The notes under the pieces were generated by a model. That model did not search any database and was not told the DNA's origin. It saw nothing but the letters and a program-made list of their open reading frames with translations. From the NCBI GenBank assembly GCA_973895155.1, contig OZ316891.1, positions 27,317,561 through 27,381,560 on the forward strand: 64,000 nucleotides of DNA. The letters are read 5' to 3'. The translations under genes and the position numbers were made by a program. This stretch comes from Marsupella aquatica. Its lineage: Eukaryota > Plantae > Marchantiophyta. Below are positions 36,139 through 49,490 of this stretch, in pieces. Every line of letters starts with the position of its first letter. The stretch's first letter is position 1.

Positions 36139-36308
36139 GGGAATAGCCCTGGGATGGGTGACCTCCTCGTGCTCGACCTCGTGCCTCCCCTCGCACTCAC
36201 GACCCGGAATAGCCCCGGGATGGGTGACCTCGACCTCGCGCTTGCTTGTGCTTGCGATGGGTGACTTTGCGCTCGCGGTTGGGAGCACTTTCGGGATGGG
36301 TGACCTCA
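36139..36308. repeat. Three copies of GGGA-x-AGC-x-CGGGATGGGTGACCTC in the gypsy 5' region
   Basis: At ~36140, ~36205, ~36281. Confidence 0.7.
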
Positions 36309-37766
36309 CGCGTCGCCTTATGCGCGCACAGTTGTGTGTGTACACAAAACAGAAGTCGTCGGGCTCAAAAATGGCAACATTTGCCACTCAAAATCAGCGA
36401 TTTTCTTCATAAAAACGGCAACCTCAATGGCTCTTGACCTCTGCAAACCTGTCGCGCACGGTTCTGGGACATTTCGTGAGCGTCCCTTGACAATAAAACA
36501 CTGCGAGCACTCAAAATTCCAACAGATCTGTCCACAAAACAACAGTGCGATACAAGTAGCAACCTTCGGCCATCTCTTTCCAGATCCAGATCTAGACTCC
36601 GACTCAATCCAGATCCAGATCTAGACCAAATCCAGATCCAACAACGTTCAAGCTTGGCCAGAACCAGATCGAATAGCAATAGAGTACTCAAACAATAGAA
36701 CCAACGATTCAAGAAACATGAATCCATGTCAAACACAAATCCAATTGATTCGAGCTACCACAAACCGTCACCGTCAACGACAAACTCAGACTGAGCTTCT
36801 GTCCGCACAATAGAGTTTGAAGCTCACGATCTTTCAATATAATCTCCATACAATTGGCACAATGATCCCGGTTAACAATACCCCATCGATCCCGCACCGA
36901 TCCGATCACACACGTATGTCAGGCCAACGCACCTTGCACTACTCAAGGAATCCACGTTACACAAGCGGAGCTCATAGCCACCAGAGCCACTCAAGTTCCT
37001 CTCTCTCCAAGGCTCAACATTGAAAGATGACCTTTCAATGCCTCACAAGTGAGAAGTACCCTCTCACACAAACCTGACGAAACCTTATCGACTCATATAG
37101 CACACATACCAAACATACGGATCTAGATAGTACGATACACTCTAACACTACCTAGAATGGTGTGACATAAGGCATATTCTTGATGGACATCGGGTCCTTA
37201 TGTTGTAGCACTTGGAATTTGACAGCTTTTGAAGCAAAATGCCTAGATGAAACTTTGTCCTTGGACCAAAAAGTGTCACCATGCAAGTTGGATGTTAGTC
37301 ATGTACTTTATGTTTGGACTACTATCATACCTAAGTACATACTTGAGCGGCCTGGAGTAGTGGAGGGCCAAAACTTGCATGCGACATCAACAATGCCTAG
37401 ATTTGCGTTCAATATGCTTGGACTTGCCTTACACTTGAAGTCCTATCCAAAGCCAAGCTTCCCACACCAAGGCTAGGTAAACACGGGGATACACAGATGG
37501 GCATAATTGTAAGTTGGCTCAAAAGACCAGAAGATACCATTGTCGTCAATCCAAGGGCATGTCCACAAGCCCTTTGGGTGGGGGCAGCATGTAAAGGACC
37601 AAAGGTGGTCTTGGGATGGCCGGTATCCAGAAGAATAGATGGTGGGGGTATGCTCACCTGCCATCAAGAGCAAGAGATTATGTTGAGATCTCATGGATTA
37701 GTGAGCCCATGAATGATTACGTAGAGATCATGACACGTGCTTGAGGGGAAGGAAGGGGCACCTGGT

Positions 37767-38052
37767 CTCGGGGGGTTGACTATAAAAAATCTTAGGAACC
37801 ACGTGCGATCCAAAATTGGTATTTTTGGTAAAAATTAACTAAATTTCTAAAAAGGGTATGAGGCAAAAGAAGGTATTATAAACTCATGTTTATGGAATAT
37901 TCTTTAATATATAATTTTTATAAAGTAAATAGGTTATTAATATTGAAAATGGAGAATATTATTGGAATATTTTCTTTATTAAATAGGTCTATCTATATTA
38001 GGCTAGGATTGCACGTGGTACCCCAAAATATACACTTAGTTAACCCCATGAG
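37767..38052. mobile_element. MITE copy 2
   Basis: Collinear with 14578-14864; degenerate 8-bp TSD CACCTGGT / CACCCGAT. Confidence 0.9.
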
Positions 38053-39911
38053 CACCCGATTGGTTGGCTTCTTTGGTGAGCTGGAGAGATGTTTGGTCCA
38101 CTGATTCAAAACTCACAATCAATAGTTGAACATTCTTGGAAACATTCTTAGACCTGCAGTTTGAGACACAATCATGAGTGATCTCTTGGAGCTTGCAGAT
38201 CCTTTGCAAAGCTGAAAGCTAGGTCTATAAAGGTAATATGTTCCCTTGTGAATATCAGGCAAAATTGTATCAATTTGTGAAAACAAATGGTAGTATGTGA
38301 GGGTTACTCCATAGTATACGTGATAAACATCAGTATGTGTAAAAGAGAATCTCTTCTTCGAGCATCTGTGCCAAGTCTACATCTAATCCTCTCCATTGTA
38401 TTTGTTGGGTGAGAGTCACTCTACCCTTCAAGTTCCCATGGCCCAACTCTGAATGCAAAATTCTTCTATTTGCAATATCATTCTATATTAAAATGTTGAG
38501 AATAAAAGTGATCCATTATTATTTTCCAAAATCCTTCAAATATTAATTAGCAAATCATGCATGTGTCTAAGACTATGGAGCAAAGTCTAAGCGGCCCGAC
38601 CACTAACTTGGAACCTCGCAGGTTATCCTCTATGACAGATCCCTTGTTTTCACTTTCTACTATAGGGATTGGGGGTAAGAGACACATGGAAATTGGTCCA
38701 TATATAGGTATTATGGACATAGGTCCATAATAACGGTTGCCTAGAGCTGCGTTATCCTATACTTAGCTCCGCCTCAGGCAGGCTCACTACTCTTCACTCA
38801 GTTGCAACAGTTTACGGGTCTTTGTTCAACCAGAATTACTCTGTTACAGGGAAAAGGACACATTTAATATATACAATTCTAATTGACTCACGTCTTTGGA
38901 CTGCGATACTACACTTATGGTTTTGAAGGGTGGTTAAACCACAACTACAGGTACAAAAGACATTTTCGTGCAATTGACGAAGAGGGAGCACAATGGCCAG
39001 TCGGCGTACATGGGATGGGCCAAAAAACAAAATTCTTTCTATTTTGATTTTCCAAAAAAATTATTCATTTTTTAAAAGGGAGGAAAACCCCACATAGATC
39101 TTGTTGAGATCTATCCTTTGAGCCTTATATGGCCTTCTGAAGTGGATGGATGAGATTGCTAGATGCAAATTAGAATGGATGGCCAAGATATCACGAATTT
39201 GAGTTTGAATGGACAGCCAGGATCTCAAAAATTTGAAATCCACCAATTGAGGGGATTGGTTTTTCTTTTTTCTCACTTAATATTCTAGAAGTTTGCCTGA
39301 AATTCTTTGTACCCCTAGATCTCGGAGAGGCCTTTCTCTTGAGCCCTAGATCGCATTGGACGGTGGGCTAATGGCGTAGGGGCAAGTGCAGATCTGGCAA
39401 TTGTTGTGAGGCACAAAGAGCATCTCGTGTTCTTCGAGTGAGGAATCAAATTTGAATGAGCGTTGGTGGAGTACTTGAATGTGCTTTAAGGTGGGCACAA
39501 GATTCATTCCCATGTAATTATAAATTTTATATTTCATAATAAATTATTTAAGAGTGAGTTTAAAGCCCGGTCCACCTTGCATCCTAAGCTTGGATGGACA
39601 AGATAAACCCCCATTGATTGGGCTCAAATATAGGAATACTTTCATATAGTGTTCATCTCCATTCTGTCCAAAGTATGACTGGTAAACTGCCACCTGACCT
39701 GTGACAAAAAGTTCCATTTGATTCTCTTGGTCACGAGCCCTTCCAATCGGTCAATCCATCCAACTTCCTTTGAGCTTACTTCTTGCTTGTAAGCTCTGTG
39801 TCTCCTATGAAAGGTGAGAGCTCTTCCACTTCTTCCGCTTTGCTTTACTGTTTAATGCGTGGTTTTTTCCAAGTTTGCTAATAGGGAGGCTCATAACTAA
39901 TTTTATCCTGG

Positions 39912-40130
39912 GCCCATGAGGGAAAGTACACTAGTCTGTAAAAGATATGGTCCATCCAGGGTTTGTCATTGAGCAATTTCAATAGGGGTGTCAAAGTTCT
40001 CCCATAAGCGAAGTCGGCCGGCCCACATGGGAAAGTACACTAGTCGGTAAAAAGATATGGTCCATCCAGGGTTTGTTGTAAAGCAATTTCAATAGTGGTG
40101 TCAAAGTTCTCCTCTAAGCAAAGTAGTCCT
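39912..40130. repeat. ~110-bp tandem duplication
   Basis: GGGAAAGTACACTAGTC...GGTCCATCCAGGGTTTGT...GGTGTCAAAGTTCTC occurs twice. Confidence 0.85.
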
Positions 40131-40460
40131 TATTTTTTTAACCTACCACCGTTATGGGGTACATAATTGGTAGCCCATAGCAAAAGTCGACCTTGTTTTT
40201 CCTTTAAACATTTTCGCTTTTGATTTTATAAAATTCGGCCACGAAAACCCCATGGCAGAGGAAACCAGAAGGCACAACCCAGAGACCAGCACGAGATAAC
40301 CAGCCAACCAGAACAGAGTCATGACAAGTATACGATGATCACCCATTTACCAACATTCATACATCAAAAGCACCCAGCCTACTCCTTGCTGCCTCAATCC
40401 TTTAAGCGTCCCCCTAACAGAACCAAAATCATATCTACCCCATTGAAAGCCACAGCAGTG

Positions 40461-43400
40461 CTAACCGGATGAAATCCAACAATCACTACGTTGCATCCAT
40501 ACTATCCTCTCCCTATTTATAACTTCTTTCACTCTCAGCAGTCTGGTCCGTCTATTACACATAGGTAGAGTCAGCCCTACCGCAGCCACATGATCTGCTG
40601 CCTCAGATAAAATAAACCTAATATCAAATTTGCGTACTCCATTGTTCTGGAACATGTGCTCATTGCGACCCAACCAAAGTGCCCACAAAATCTGGTATAA
40701 TACAAACAGCTTGATTATCTTCAGATGCTCTTTACCAAGAGCCGAGTCAATCATCCCAATCAGCCCTGCATTAAAGTCTACAAAGATGCCTCCCAGGCAC
40801 TGAACACAAAGGCGCCAACATTTCTGTGCGTGCAGACACCTGATGAACAGGTGAGGAATGGATTCAGAGATTTCAGGGCACAGCTTGCACACTCCGTTGC
40901 CCTTGCCAATCCTCGCTGCCCTCACCCCAGTGAAAAGCCCCGACGCCACAATCCGCCAGAGAAATGTCTTGGCACGCATTGATAGGTCAGAGCCCCATAA
41001 CCCTGCCCATCCAGCACTCCATTCATCCTCTGTCCAATCCCCCACGTTCTGTTCAGACTCTCTGAATCACCCACCTCAGGCCTGAGAAGCCTGTATGCTC
41101 TTTTATTTGAAATTTTGAATGTTCTCAGTGGTGTTGCATTGTCTGTCCAGCACCAGCAGCTAGGTCCAGGTTCAAATCCCCATACGCATAGTGAAATACT
41201 CGTCAGCATTGTCATAAATCTCTGACCCAATGTTATATGATCACCAGTAAAGCCCCGTAGATGTGCCCATCTCTCAGTCATCCCTCTCCATCCGTTCTCA
41301 TCCTCCGACCAAAGATCCTGGATTCTTCTGAGACCTAATCTGCCACAAAGTACCGTCACCGCTGTCATCTCTTCTCCGCTCCACGACTGAGATCCCTTGG
41401 TGCAGCGAAGCAAATCCCCAATAGACCATCTCCCAGGTACCGTGTCAATGGGACAGAAAATCAGATGTGCTCTCAACAACTCCCAGGCTTTCCAGAGTCC
41501 TCCTGTATACGCCAGTCCATGCCATGCTCCTGGGCAGCAAAGCAGCAACTTGTCGCGAAAGGTGTAACCATTTCTTCTCAACACTTTATAACTGGCCCAT
41601 CCAATAAGGTTCAGGTTTTTAGCAAACATCCTGGCCCATTCTGAGTCGGGGTGGTCAATAGCCCCAGTAAACCACTTTGAAAGTAGTGCATCCGAGTGGC
41701 TACGGAAGTCCTTGAAACCTAATCCCCCGTCCACCTTGGGTCTAGAAATCCAAACCCAGGAGACCAGTGGCACTCTTCTCCCCCCTTCATTGTTATGCCC
41801 CCACAAAAAGTCCCTACACAAGGCTGTCAGCTTCCGTGCCAGGCTCGTTGATGCTTTCATAAACATAGTATGGTAAATTGGTATAGCAAGTAAGATATGC
41901 CTAACCAGAAGCGAACGTCCCGTGAATGTAAGCATCTTGTTTGACCAAGAAGAGAGTCTCTTCCCAATCTTATCCAGACAAAAGTTGTGTAGCTATTCTG
42001 TCTTCAAGTCCACACCCAATGGTGCCCCAAGGTACTTTTGAAGCTCCCCTGGAGCACTGATCACACACCCTGTGTCTCTCAGCCACACCGGAATAATCAA
42101 CATTGCCAGCGGTATCACAATTGATTTACGCAGATTAAGCCGAGCACCAGTGGCCCCCTCATAGCACTGAATCACCTTCGTTACACGCTGAAAACTTCTC
42201 TCAGTTGCAGGGATAAACATCCCCATGTCATCCGCAAAGAATCTATAGCAAATGGTAAGTTGCCTGGAGACTTGAATTCCATCTAACCTACCTGCCTTAA
42301 TCTCAGCATCCATAAAGTCCATTAAGGGTTGCGTTGAAATGACAAACAGAAGTGGTGAGAGAGGGCAACCCTGCCGAAACCCTCGGTGCAGGTTAATTTC
42401 TGCGGAAATCATCCCATTCATGTAGACCCTCGAGGATGCCTGCATCAGTAGCGCTTGCACCAGTCTGATGAATTGTCCACTTATTCCTAGCAGATGCATG
42501 GTTTCCCATATGTAGCTTTGATCCACCTTGTCGAAAGCCTTCTCGAAGTCCAGCTTAAGGAAAAGCGCTTCAACTCGCCGGTTCTTCGTCCAGTCAAACA
42601 TAAGCCATGCCAAGGAGATGTTTTCAAGTATATTTCTTCCTGGAATGAATCCGGTTTGTTGCGGGCTGATGAGTCGTGGTAAGATCCGTATTAGCCTAAG
42701 TGCCAGGATTTTGGCAATTAGCTTATATATTGTGTTCAGCATTGTAAGTGGTCTCGATCCAATCCCTCAGAAATCTCTTGTCAGGCTTCTTTGGGATAAA
42801 TTTGATCATTCCTTCTTTGAGCCCCGCTGCCAGGTTACCTGTCAACCAAAATTCCTGCACCATTGCTACCAGGTCATCCTGCGTAAACTCCCAACATGCC
42901 TGGTATACTTCCACCGTGATCCCATCCGGTCCAGGAGCCTTATCCTTAGGCAGCATCCACATTACTTATTTTATTTCCTTGTTTGATGGCAGCCCTTCCA
43001 GCATAGTAATCTCTGCTATCCTAAGAGCACACCTCGTGTGTGCCAAAAGCTTCCCTCTTTCGTTCAGCATCTCCGCCCTCTCTCCACTGGTTGGCGCCAT
43101 TGGTGCATAAAGTTCCCGACACGTCTTCTCAACTTCCCTCAAGATCATCACCGGGTCAGTGATCACTTCTCCTCCTTCTAGCGTTAAGCTCTTCATTGCC
43201 TCCCTCTCACGTTTAGCCTTAACAGTGGCAAAGTAAAAGCGTGATGGCTCCTCTCCCTCGCCTAACCACTTAATCCTAGCTAGCCTTCTTCCTCTGTGTG
43301 CCTCTTCTAGTTCGGTAGCATGTAACTGATCTTCCGTATCAATGTAGTCTCTCAGCTCTTCATCCGTATATTCATCCAGTATTGCCGTTTTCAACACTCT

Positions 43401-44378
43401 TAGTTGATTACGCAGTAATAGCAGTTCTTCCTCCCTCTTCTTGGGTGACCCTTGTCTCTCAATATATATCTGCCTCATATTCCAGCTAGCCATGTCAAAT
43501 GCGCGTATGGGTTCAGTGCAGTCCCCTTTTCCCTCAATCCATGTTGCCTTTAGGATCTCCACCATACCTTCCATCCCGACAACAGCTGGGTTGGCCTTGA
43601 ACAAGGCCCGCCGCATCCCGATGGATCCAACAGTCCGCTCTTCCATCATTCGTATACAGAGAGCAATTGGGTCATGATCAGAAAGTGCTGAACCCCCGTC
43701 ATGCTCCAAATCCAACAGTTCGTGGATCCACCCACCGTTATTGCTAAAGTAGAACCGATCAAGCCGCGATTGTACCATAATTCCATTCCTATTCCTTCGC
43801 CAGGTGAATCGTGCCCCCCGCGCCTCCCCCTTTATAAGCCAAGCATCCACCAGATTCAGCCGAACCTTCAGGAAACGCCAAAACTCCGCTTCTCTACCCT
43901 TGATCAGAGGTGAATTGCCAGTCGAATCTTCCCTGAGCTCTGTCATATTGAAATTGCCACATATCAACCAGTTGGTTTGCGGTAGCTGCTCCTTAAGTTC
44001 ATGCCACAATGTAGCCCTTTGGCGTGAAGAGTTCGATGCATACACACTCAAAATTCCAAAAGTGCAATTCTCATACTCTACCAGCACCCATACTGCTCTT
44101 CCTAGTTCAACAGTTCCTGACGAAATCAACCTGAGAGCCGGGTGGATGAGTAAGGCGGTTCCCCCCCTGCCCTCGTCTGGTGCCAAAGTGAAGCTCAGAT
44201 ATGAAGGCATAATGACTCGTAGTGCCATATCGAGCCGGAACTGATTCGCCTTGATTTCTTGTAGTGCAATGATTTCTATCCGCTCCTTCCTTGATGCTAG
44301 CCAATTCTTCACAGCGTTCTTCCTGTTGGGCTCACATAGCCCACAAACATTCCACGACACAACTCTCAGGATACCTGC
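40461..44378 (-). pseudogene. LINE ORF2 (EN-RT-zf-RVT) with frameshifts and stops
   Basis: SWNVCGL, SRLDRFY, SDHDPI, KLDFEKAFD, RQGCPLSPLLF, FADD, CKLC...HLFIRC. Confidence 0.93.
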
Positions 44379-44416
44379 CCCTTATCTCCTCCTCTCTCTT
44401 CCCACGTTGGTAGCCG

Positions 44417-46399
44417 TTATATGCGCATCCTACCTCCTGAGGAGATGCCAGAGCCCACACTCCCAGACCGACGACGCCTGGGTGTGGCAACCACAATCTC
44501 CCCTGTCTCCTCCATCTGGGAATCCACAATTTTCAACGAGGAGTCCCATAGTTCAGTCGGCCCGTCTTCGCTTGGTACAGCAGCAATGTCAAATGTTGAT
44601 CCCTCTCCCCTCCCGGCCCTCTCTCTCTTAGCTCCCGTCCCTGCATCAGGCAATTCACCATGTGAGAACTGCAGGGATCTTTGCTTTTTGGAATCATGCA
44701 CTGTCTTGTCCCTCTTAGGTGCAGGCGGCGTTCGCTTATCAAGCTTCCTTGCTCTATCCTTTCCCTTGTTAGACACATACGCTTCATATTCAGACATGTC
44801 TGTGTCCGTATCACCGTGATATGAAAAAGCCTCCATCACCAATGGCTCCCTGGGGGAGTCAACGCAGTCTCCCGCCTCCACGGGGACCAACTCCAATCCC
44901 ACAGGGTCAAAGCAGCGTGCCTCAGCATCCAACCTAGAGGGAGCCGGATCAGGCTGTATCCCTTCTAAAGGTAGCACATCCCTTTCAAAGGTCCCCGGCT
45001 GCAGCGTTGCATCCGCCTCCACAGCATCCGCGCACAAATCCTCCCCTGGCCCAACTCGTTCTTCCCGCAGCCCTGCCTCTACCCCTCCCAGTTCAGGCAA
45101 CAAAGGAATTACTTCCTCACGAACAAGAGATTCAATCGCTCCAATGTCTGCTGCTACCGTATCCTCTTCAATGTGAGCCGTTGTCACTGCTCCCAGCCTC
45201 ACTCGTAGGTTCATGGCAAGTTGCTTTCTCAGCACTTCTTCTGGATCTCCTTCAGCAACTGAATCCAGTTCCTCAGGGGTGCCTACTAGGTCTTCATTGT
45301 TATTCTCAAGATCCGCCTCTGCAGCCACATCCCTCCCCTCCCTGCATTCTCTGGCTAGGTGCCCCTTTTTGTTGCATCTAAAGCAGTGGTAGGGGATGTT
45401 CTTAAACAGGATCGGCTGCCAGATGACTATGTCCTCCCGAATCACCACCCTAGCACTCCGAGGCACCTCATGTTCCGTATCCCACAGAATATAGGCTCTG
45501 TCATGCGGGTAGGAGCTGTAGTCATCCCCTTGTATATAATGCAACAGTTTTCCCAGTGATTCCGCTATCTTCATTCTGCATCCTTCCAAAATCAGTGCCC
45601 TGAATGGGAGCTCGATCCATACCGGCAACTTGGTAAACTTCTCTGTTCGTATGTCAAATGATGGATCCCAGGGAAAGGTGTAGACCAATTTTTGTTCTAG
45701 AAACCACGGGGCAGAAACCAGTGCAACGTCCCTGTGATCAGCATTTTCAAATACCACCAGATAAAAGCTCTTCCCAACAAATTTGACTTGAAGCACAGAC
45801 CAGTTGCGCTCCTCCACCATAACATCCATGACCCAATCACGGAACATTGGTAACATTGGGGTCCAATCTGTAAAATAGCATAGCATACCACAATTGTACA
45901 GTTGTCGAGCATTGTTTGCTGCCTCCCCCAGATTCCATTCGACCGATGTGTACAGCTTCGTGTTCCAGTCGCCTTTGGAATTTGCCGCTACTTCTTTTAG
46001 AATACTTATGCATTGCTCAGTTACAACCACCTCCTCCTGATCTGTCTTGTTTGTATTTGCCGTTTCACTCCCCTCTTGTTCCGAGTCAATCCCTCTAGCC
46101 TCAATAAGTGGCGATGCCCCATTCTGCGGATCAGGCGGCGCTGCCTTCCGGAGTGCCAATTTTTGACGTTCCTCTTTTTGATGTTGCGTCGTATCAGTCC
46201 CGGCCAGAGCTCGGTCTTGGCCATTCAGAGCCTCCCTTGGTTCCTGAAGCTTCTTACGCGCCCTCTCCGAATTTGCGTATAAGTCAAAGGGTTGTTGTAT
46301 AATTACCCACCGGCGATCAAATCCACGGCCAACCCTGGGGAGCGACGAGCTACAAAAATCCTGACGGCTGAATCTATCAGGTTCCACCATAGGAAGCAC
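44417..46399 (-). CDS. LINE ORF1 (DUF4283-like plus CCHC); start codon uncertain
   Basis: 'LPVWIEL', 'CFRCNKKGHLAREC'; homologous to 11368-13533. Confidence 0.88.
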   Translation of the reverse strand: MLPMVEPDRFSRQDFCSSSLPRVGRGFDRRWVIIQQPFDLYANSERARKKLQEPREALNGQDRALAGTDTTQHQKEERQKLALRKAAPPDPQNGASPLIEARGIDSEQEGSETANTNKTDQEEVVVTEQCISILKEVAANSKGDWNTKLYTSVEWNLGEAANNARQLYNCGMLCYFTDWTPMLPMFRDWVMDVMVEERNWSVLQVKFVGKSFYLVVFENADHRDVALVSAPWFLEQKLVYTFPWDPSFDIRTEKFTKLPVWIELPFRALILEGCRMKIAESLGKLLHYIQGDDYSSYPHDRAYILWDTEHEVPRSARVVIREDIVIWQPILFKNIPYHCFRCNKKGHLARECREGRDVAAEADLENNNEDLVGTPEELDSVAEGDPEEVLRKQLAMNLRVRLGAVTTAHIEEDTVAADIGAIESLVREEVIPLLPELGGVEAGLREERVGPGEDLCADAVEADATLQPGTFERDVLPLEGIQPDPAPSRLDAEARCFDPVGLELVPVEAGDCVDSPREPLVMEAFSYHGDTDTDMSEYEAYVSNKGKDRARKLDKRTPPAPKRDKTVHDSKKQRSLQFSHGELPDAGTGAKRERAGRGEGSTFDIAAVPSEDGPTELWDSSLKIVDSQMEETGEIVVATPRRRRSGSVGSGISSGGRMRI

Positions 46400-49342
46400 C
46401 TGTTGATATCCCTCCTCTCTTCACCCCTCCTTGGGCTCATTGCGCATAGGTGCCTTACCTCTCAGAGACATCTTGCTCAAGTCCCAGAGAAATTTCGAAA
46501 GGGGGAATTACAGCCACACAAGAGAGTCTCACCTTGTATAGTGCAGTTCTTCACACCCCTGTTGCCCCTTTGTTTCTCCCCGTCTTCCTTACTTGTTTCC
46601 AGTTGAATCCCGGAATAATCCCGCAGTTGTGATTACTTAGATACCGTTGTCCTGCCCCTGCGTTATTGCCCAATGATAACCAATCCTCCATCCCGGCACT
46701 CCTGTGCAGTCGCCATTTCCAGACAGCCTTACGGCCCACCCCACTTCCTACCTCCCTTATCGTCCCGCTTTCGCTTTAGTCCTTGTTGCTTCCTCAGATC
46801 CCCGCTTGCAGATTCAGAAAGGCCTCCCGTCAATCCTCCCGTTCTCTTCCTAATCGTTCCGGTCTGATCTTAGTACCCAAGGATGACCCACCTCAGTAAT
46901 CGTCTTCTCCTTTTGCTCTGCACGCACCGCCCACCGTCCCCGTCGCTGTTTCTTTTATTATCCTTCAACCCAAAGCCAAGAATGAATCACGCTTCAACAA
47001 TGATCAACCTTACCCCGTTCACACTCAGTTGATTAGGGAGAGGCATAGCAGCACAATGATCCACGAGTAATCGTCGTCACAGCCCAACATGCTACAGTGC
47101 CATGCATGAGATTCCCTCAGTTTCCTATCGTCGAGTTGGCCATTCCAGATCGCGTAAGATTGATGGAATCAGTAAAAAAGATGTAAGTGTAGCCTCCTCC
47201 AACGTTTCGGAACAGTAGCCGCGATTCCACAAGCCGGTGCTTGTGGCCGTGTCACCTCTAAACCTGATCAGCGACCCCGTAAGAACAGTATTGAGTCATA
47301 TCCAGCTACGAGTAACTCCTTTGTGAAATTACCCCTTACCAGTGTAATTAGGTCCCCCGACCCCTAATCCTTATCACTCGTGATCAGTGAACACAGTTTT
47401 CTTCCACTTTCACCGTGCACGTAAAATCACAGGGCTAAGAGACGAAAAGAAAAAAAACGTGAGTCACCATCACTTCCGCTTTGCGCCAGAGCTCACCCTC
47501 GAAGAAAGGTAATCGTCACCGAATAGCACGCTGCCTTCCCCAACTTACTCTCAATGTAATACACCGCACCCGGATCCACACCCTTCCAAACGCATTGTTA
47601 GACATCCTCCGCCATTGACCAAGCACTGCACTTCGTCCTTCCTGATCACTGTTAATCAATCTTACGAGCTGTAATCCGTATCAGCTTCCTAAAACCGTTC
47701 CACCCTAGGTAAGATTATCCCCTCAAGCATAAACAGAGAGTCACACGCAGGGCTCCTGCGGCACCGACCCTAATCCGTGCCGGTCATTTCATCTTTTTCC
47801 ACTTATCTTTCTTCTCCGGGCATCCCTTCGAGCGCTTCCAGCTTCATACGCAATAGTTACACCCCCCTAAGCAGGAGTAAACACCTTAGCACCCGGTCCA
47901 CTATCAATCGTTACACTCATCCCCAAGAACCAAATCCAAGTACACAAGGCACACCTTCAGCTCCGTCAGTCTCCTTCAGCTTCATCTCAGTCGGGATTCC
48001 GCATTTTAGCATTTTTCAATCTCAAGTCGACCTTGTTTTTACCACCCTTATGGGATGTACATAATTTGGTAGCCCATAGCAATTTTTTACTCGCTAGATT
48101 TTAGAGAATTTTGTATCCTTTGGCCAAGATTCTTCTTGCGTTCCACATTAGGGTCTCAAGATTAGTCACCCATTCAAATTGTTTTAGATTTAGTTCATCT
48201 GTAGAACCCTTGCTTCACCCTCCTATGAGGTTCACACCCAAGCTCTACCAGGCTAGTCAGTTTGCCAATAGGTAGGGTTTTAGATTTTTCTGTCCCTGGC
48301 GGTTCTTGACCCTCTTACCTATGAAGTTCACACCCTTACATTTCCTAGGATGCAGCTTCAGCCCATGTTCCATGAGATGCTCAAACACCTCCTTGAGGTG
48401 TAGCTCTACCAGGTTCGCCAATTTGCCAATAGGTAGGGTTTTAGATTTTATGGGTTTTACTACATTGCCACTGTTTTATGACACACACATTGCCATTTTT
48501 TTTTTCTTTTTCTATTTAGCACTTTGCCATGGATTTTGATTGTGGGTTTACAAAAGTAACTTGATTTAAGTCTTGGGGATCTGACGGTTGTAAGAACTCC
48601 CTATGGCCAGATCGAATGGCTGCTTGTGCCCTCATCTTCACAATGACCACCCTAGGGTCCACTTCCACAGGGTTGGGTCAGCTGCCCCCATGGTCCTCGC
48701 GTGCTCTGCTCAACTGTGCACCCGCTCCTAAGGACCATCTTTGCCCCCCCATTGACTACGATTGAGCTCCTGCTGGGAGCCCTGGCCGCGGCCGCGGCCG
48801 CGCCTTTGCTCCCACCCAGCTTCTTGATCAATCCCCCCTGCGCAGCCAGCAAAGCTGCGACCCAGGTGCTCGATCGATCCCTCCCCCTACCCAGGCAGCA
48901 AAGCTGCGACCTGACCTGATTGAGATCTCCTTCCCCATTCACGAGCAAGGATGCTGCGAATGCTCGAGTTGTTGCATGTGAAAAGAAAATCAACGAGGCT
49001 ACACCGTTCTTTTCTAATTAAATTAACACTTCATTCAATTGCTTCCTGCTGCCTTGTACTTGTGCACGTTTGTTTGGCCAGCTGAACAAGGTTTGGAAGG
49101 ATCGCCTTTTCCATACACGAACAAGAGCACGGCCAAGTCTAGCTATGGGATCAAAACAAGCCTAGCAGAAGACACAGGCTATTGACAACAAAGGAGAATA
49201 CTCGGGAGCAGCTGTAAACTATTCATTGTAACCTCTTCGTCCCAAGCAATTTTTTTTTCTAATCCTAACAACTTTCCTAACTTGCCGCCGCCCAACTTGT
49301 GGTGCAGAATTGTATTCTGCCACCCACATAAGGTGGCGCACA

Positions 49343-49490
49343 CTCCGGGGGTTGACTATAAAAAATCTTAGGAACCACATGCGATACAAAATATGCATTT
49401 TTCATTAAAATTAGTTAAATTTTTAAAAAATGTAGGAAGCAAAAGAAGGTATTATAAACCCATATTTGTAGAATATTCTTTAATATACCA
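49343..49490. mobile_element. MITE copy 3 (left half only)
   Basis: CTCCGGGGGTTGACTATAAAAAATCTTAGGAACCAC...; similarity ends near 49490. Confidence 0.85.

Larger units (their letters stand above)
28272..37167 (-). mobile_element. Ty3/gypsy retrotransposon encoding a C5 DNA methyltransferase and a PHD finger (boundaries uncertain)
   Basis: Order gag-PR-DNMT-RT-RH-INT-PHD. Outer TGTCACA...TGTGACA; purine tract at ~28369-28400. No matching LTR pair or TSD found. Confidence 0.85.
40201..48023 (-). mobile_element. Second full-length L1-clade LINE (7.8 kb), related to but diverged from the first
   Basis: 17-bp TSD AAGTCGACCTTGTTTTT at 40184-40200 and 48024-48040. Confidence 0.93.

Noticed and set aside
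28272-37167. Paired LTRs, PBS and TSD for the gypsy element
   Set aside because: Only 7-bp inverted termini were seen; no long direct repeat, convincing PBS or matching TSD found by eye.
48652-48993. GC-rich Ala-rich ORF
   Set aside because: Low complexity, no domain, lies within repeat-like flank.
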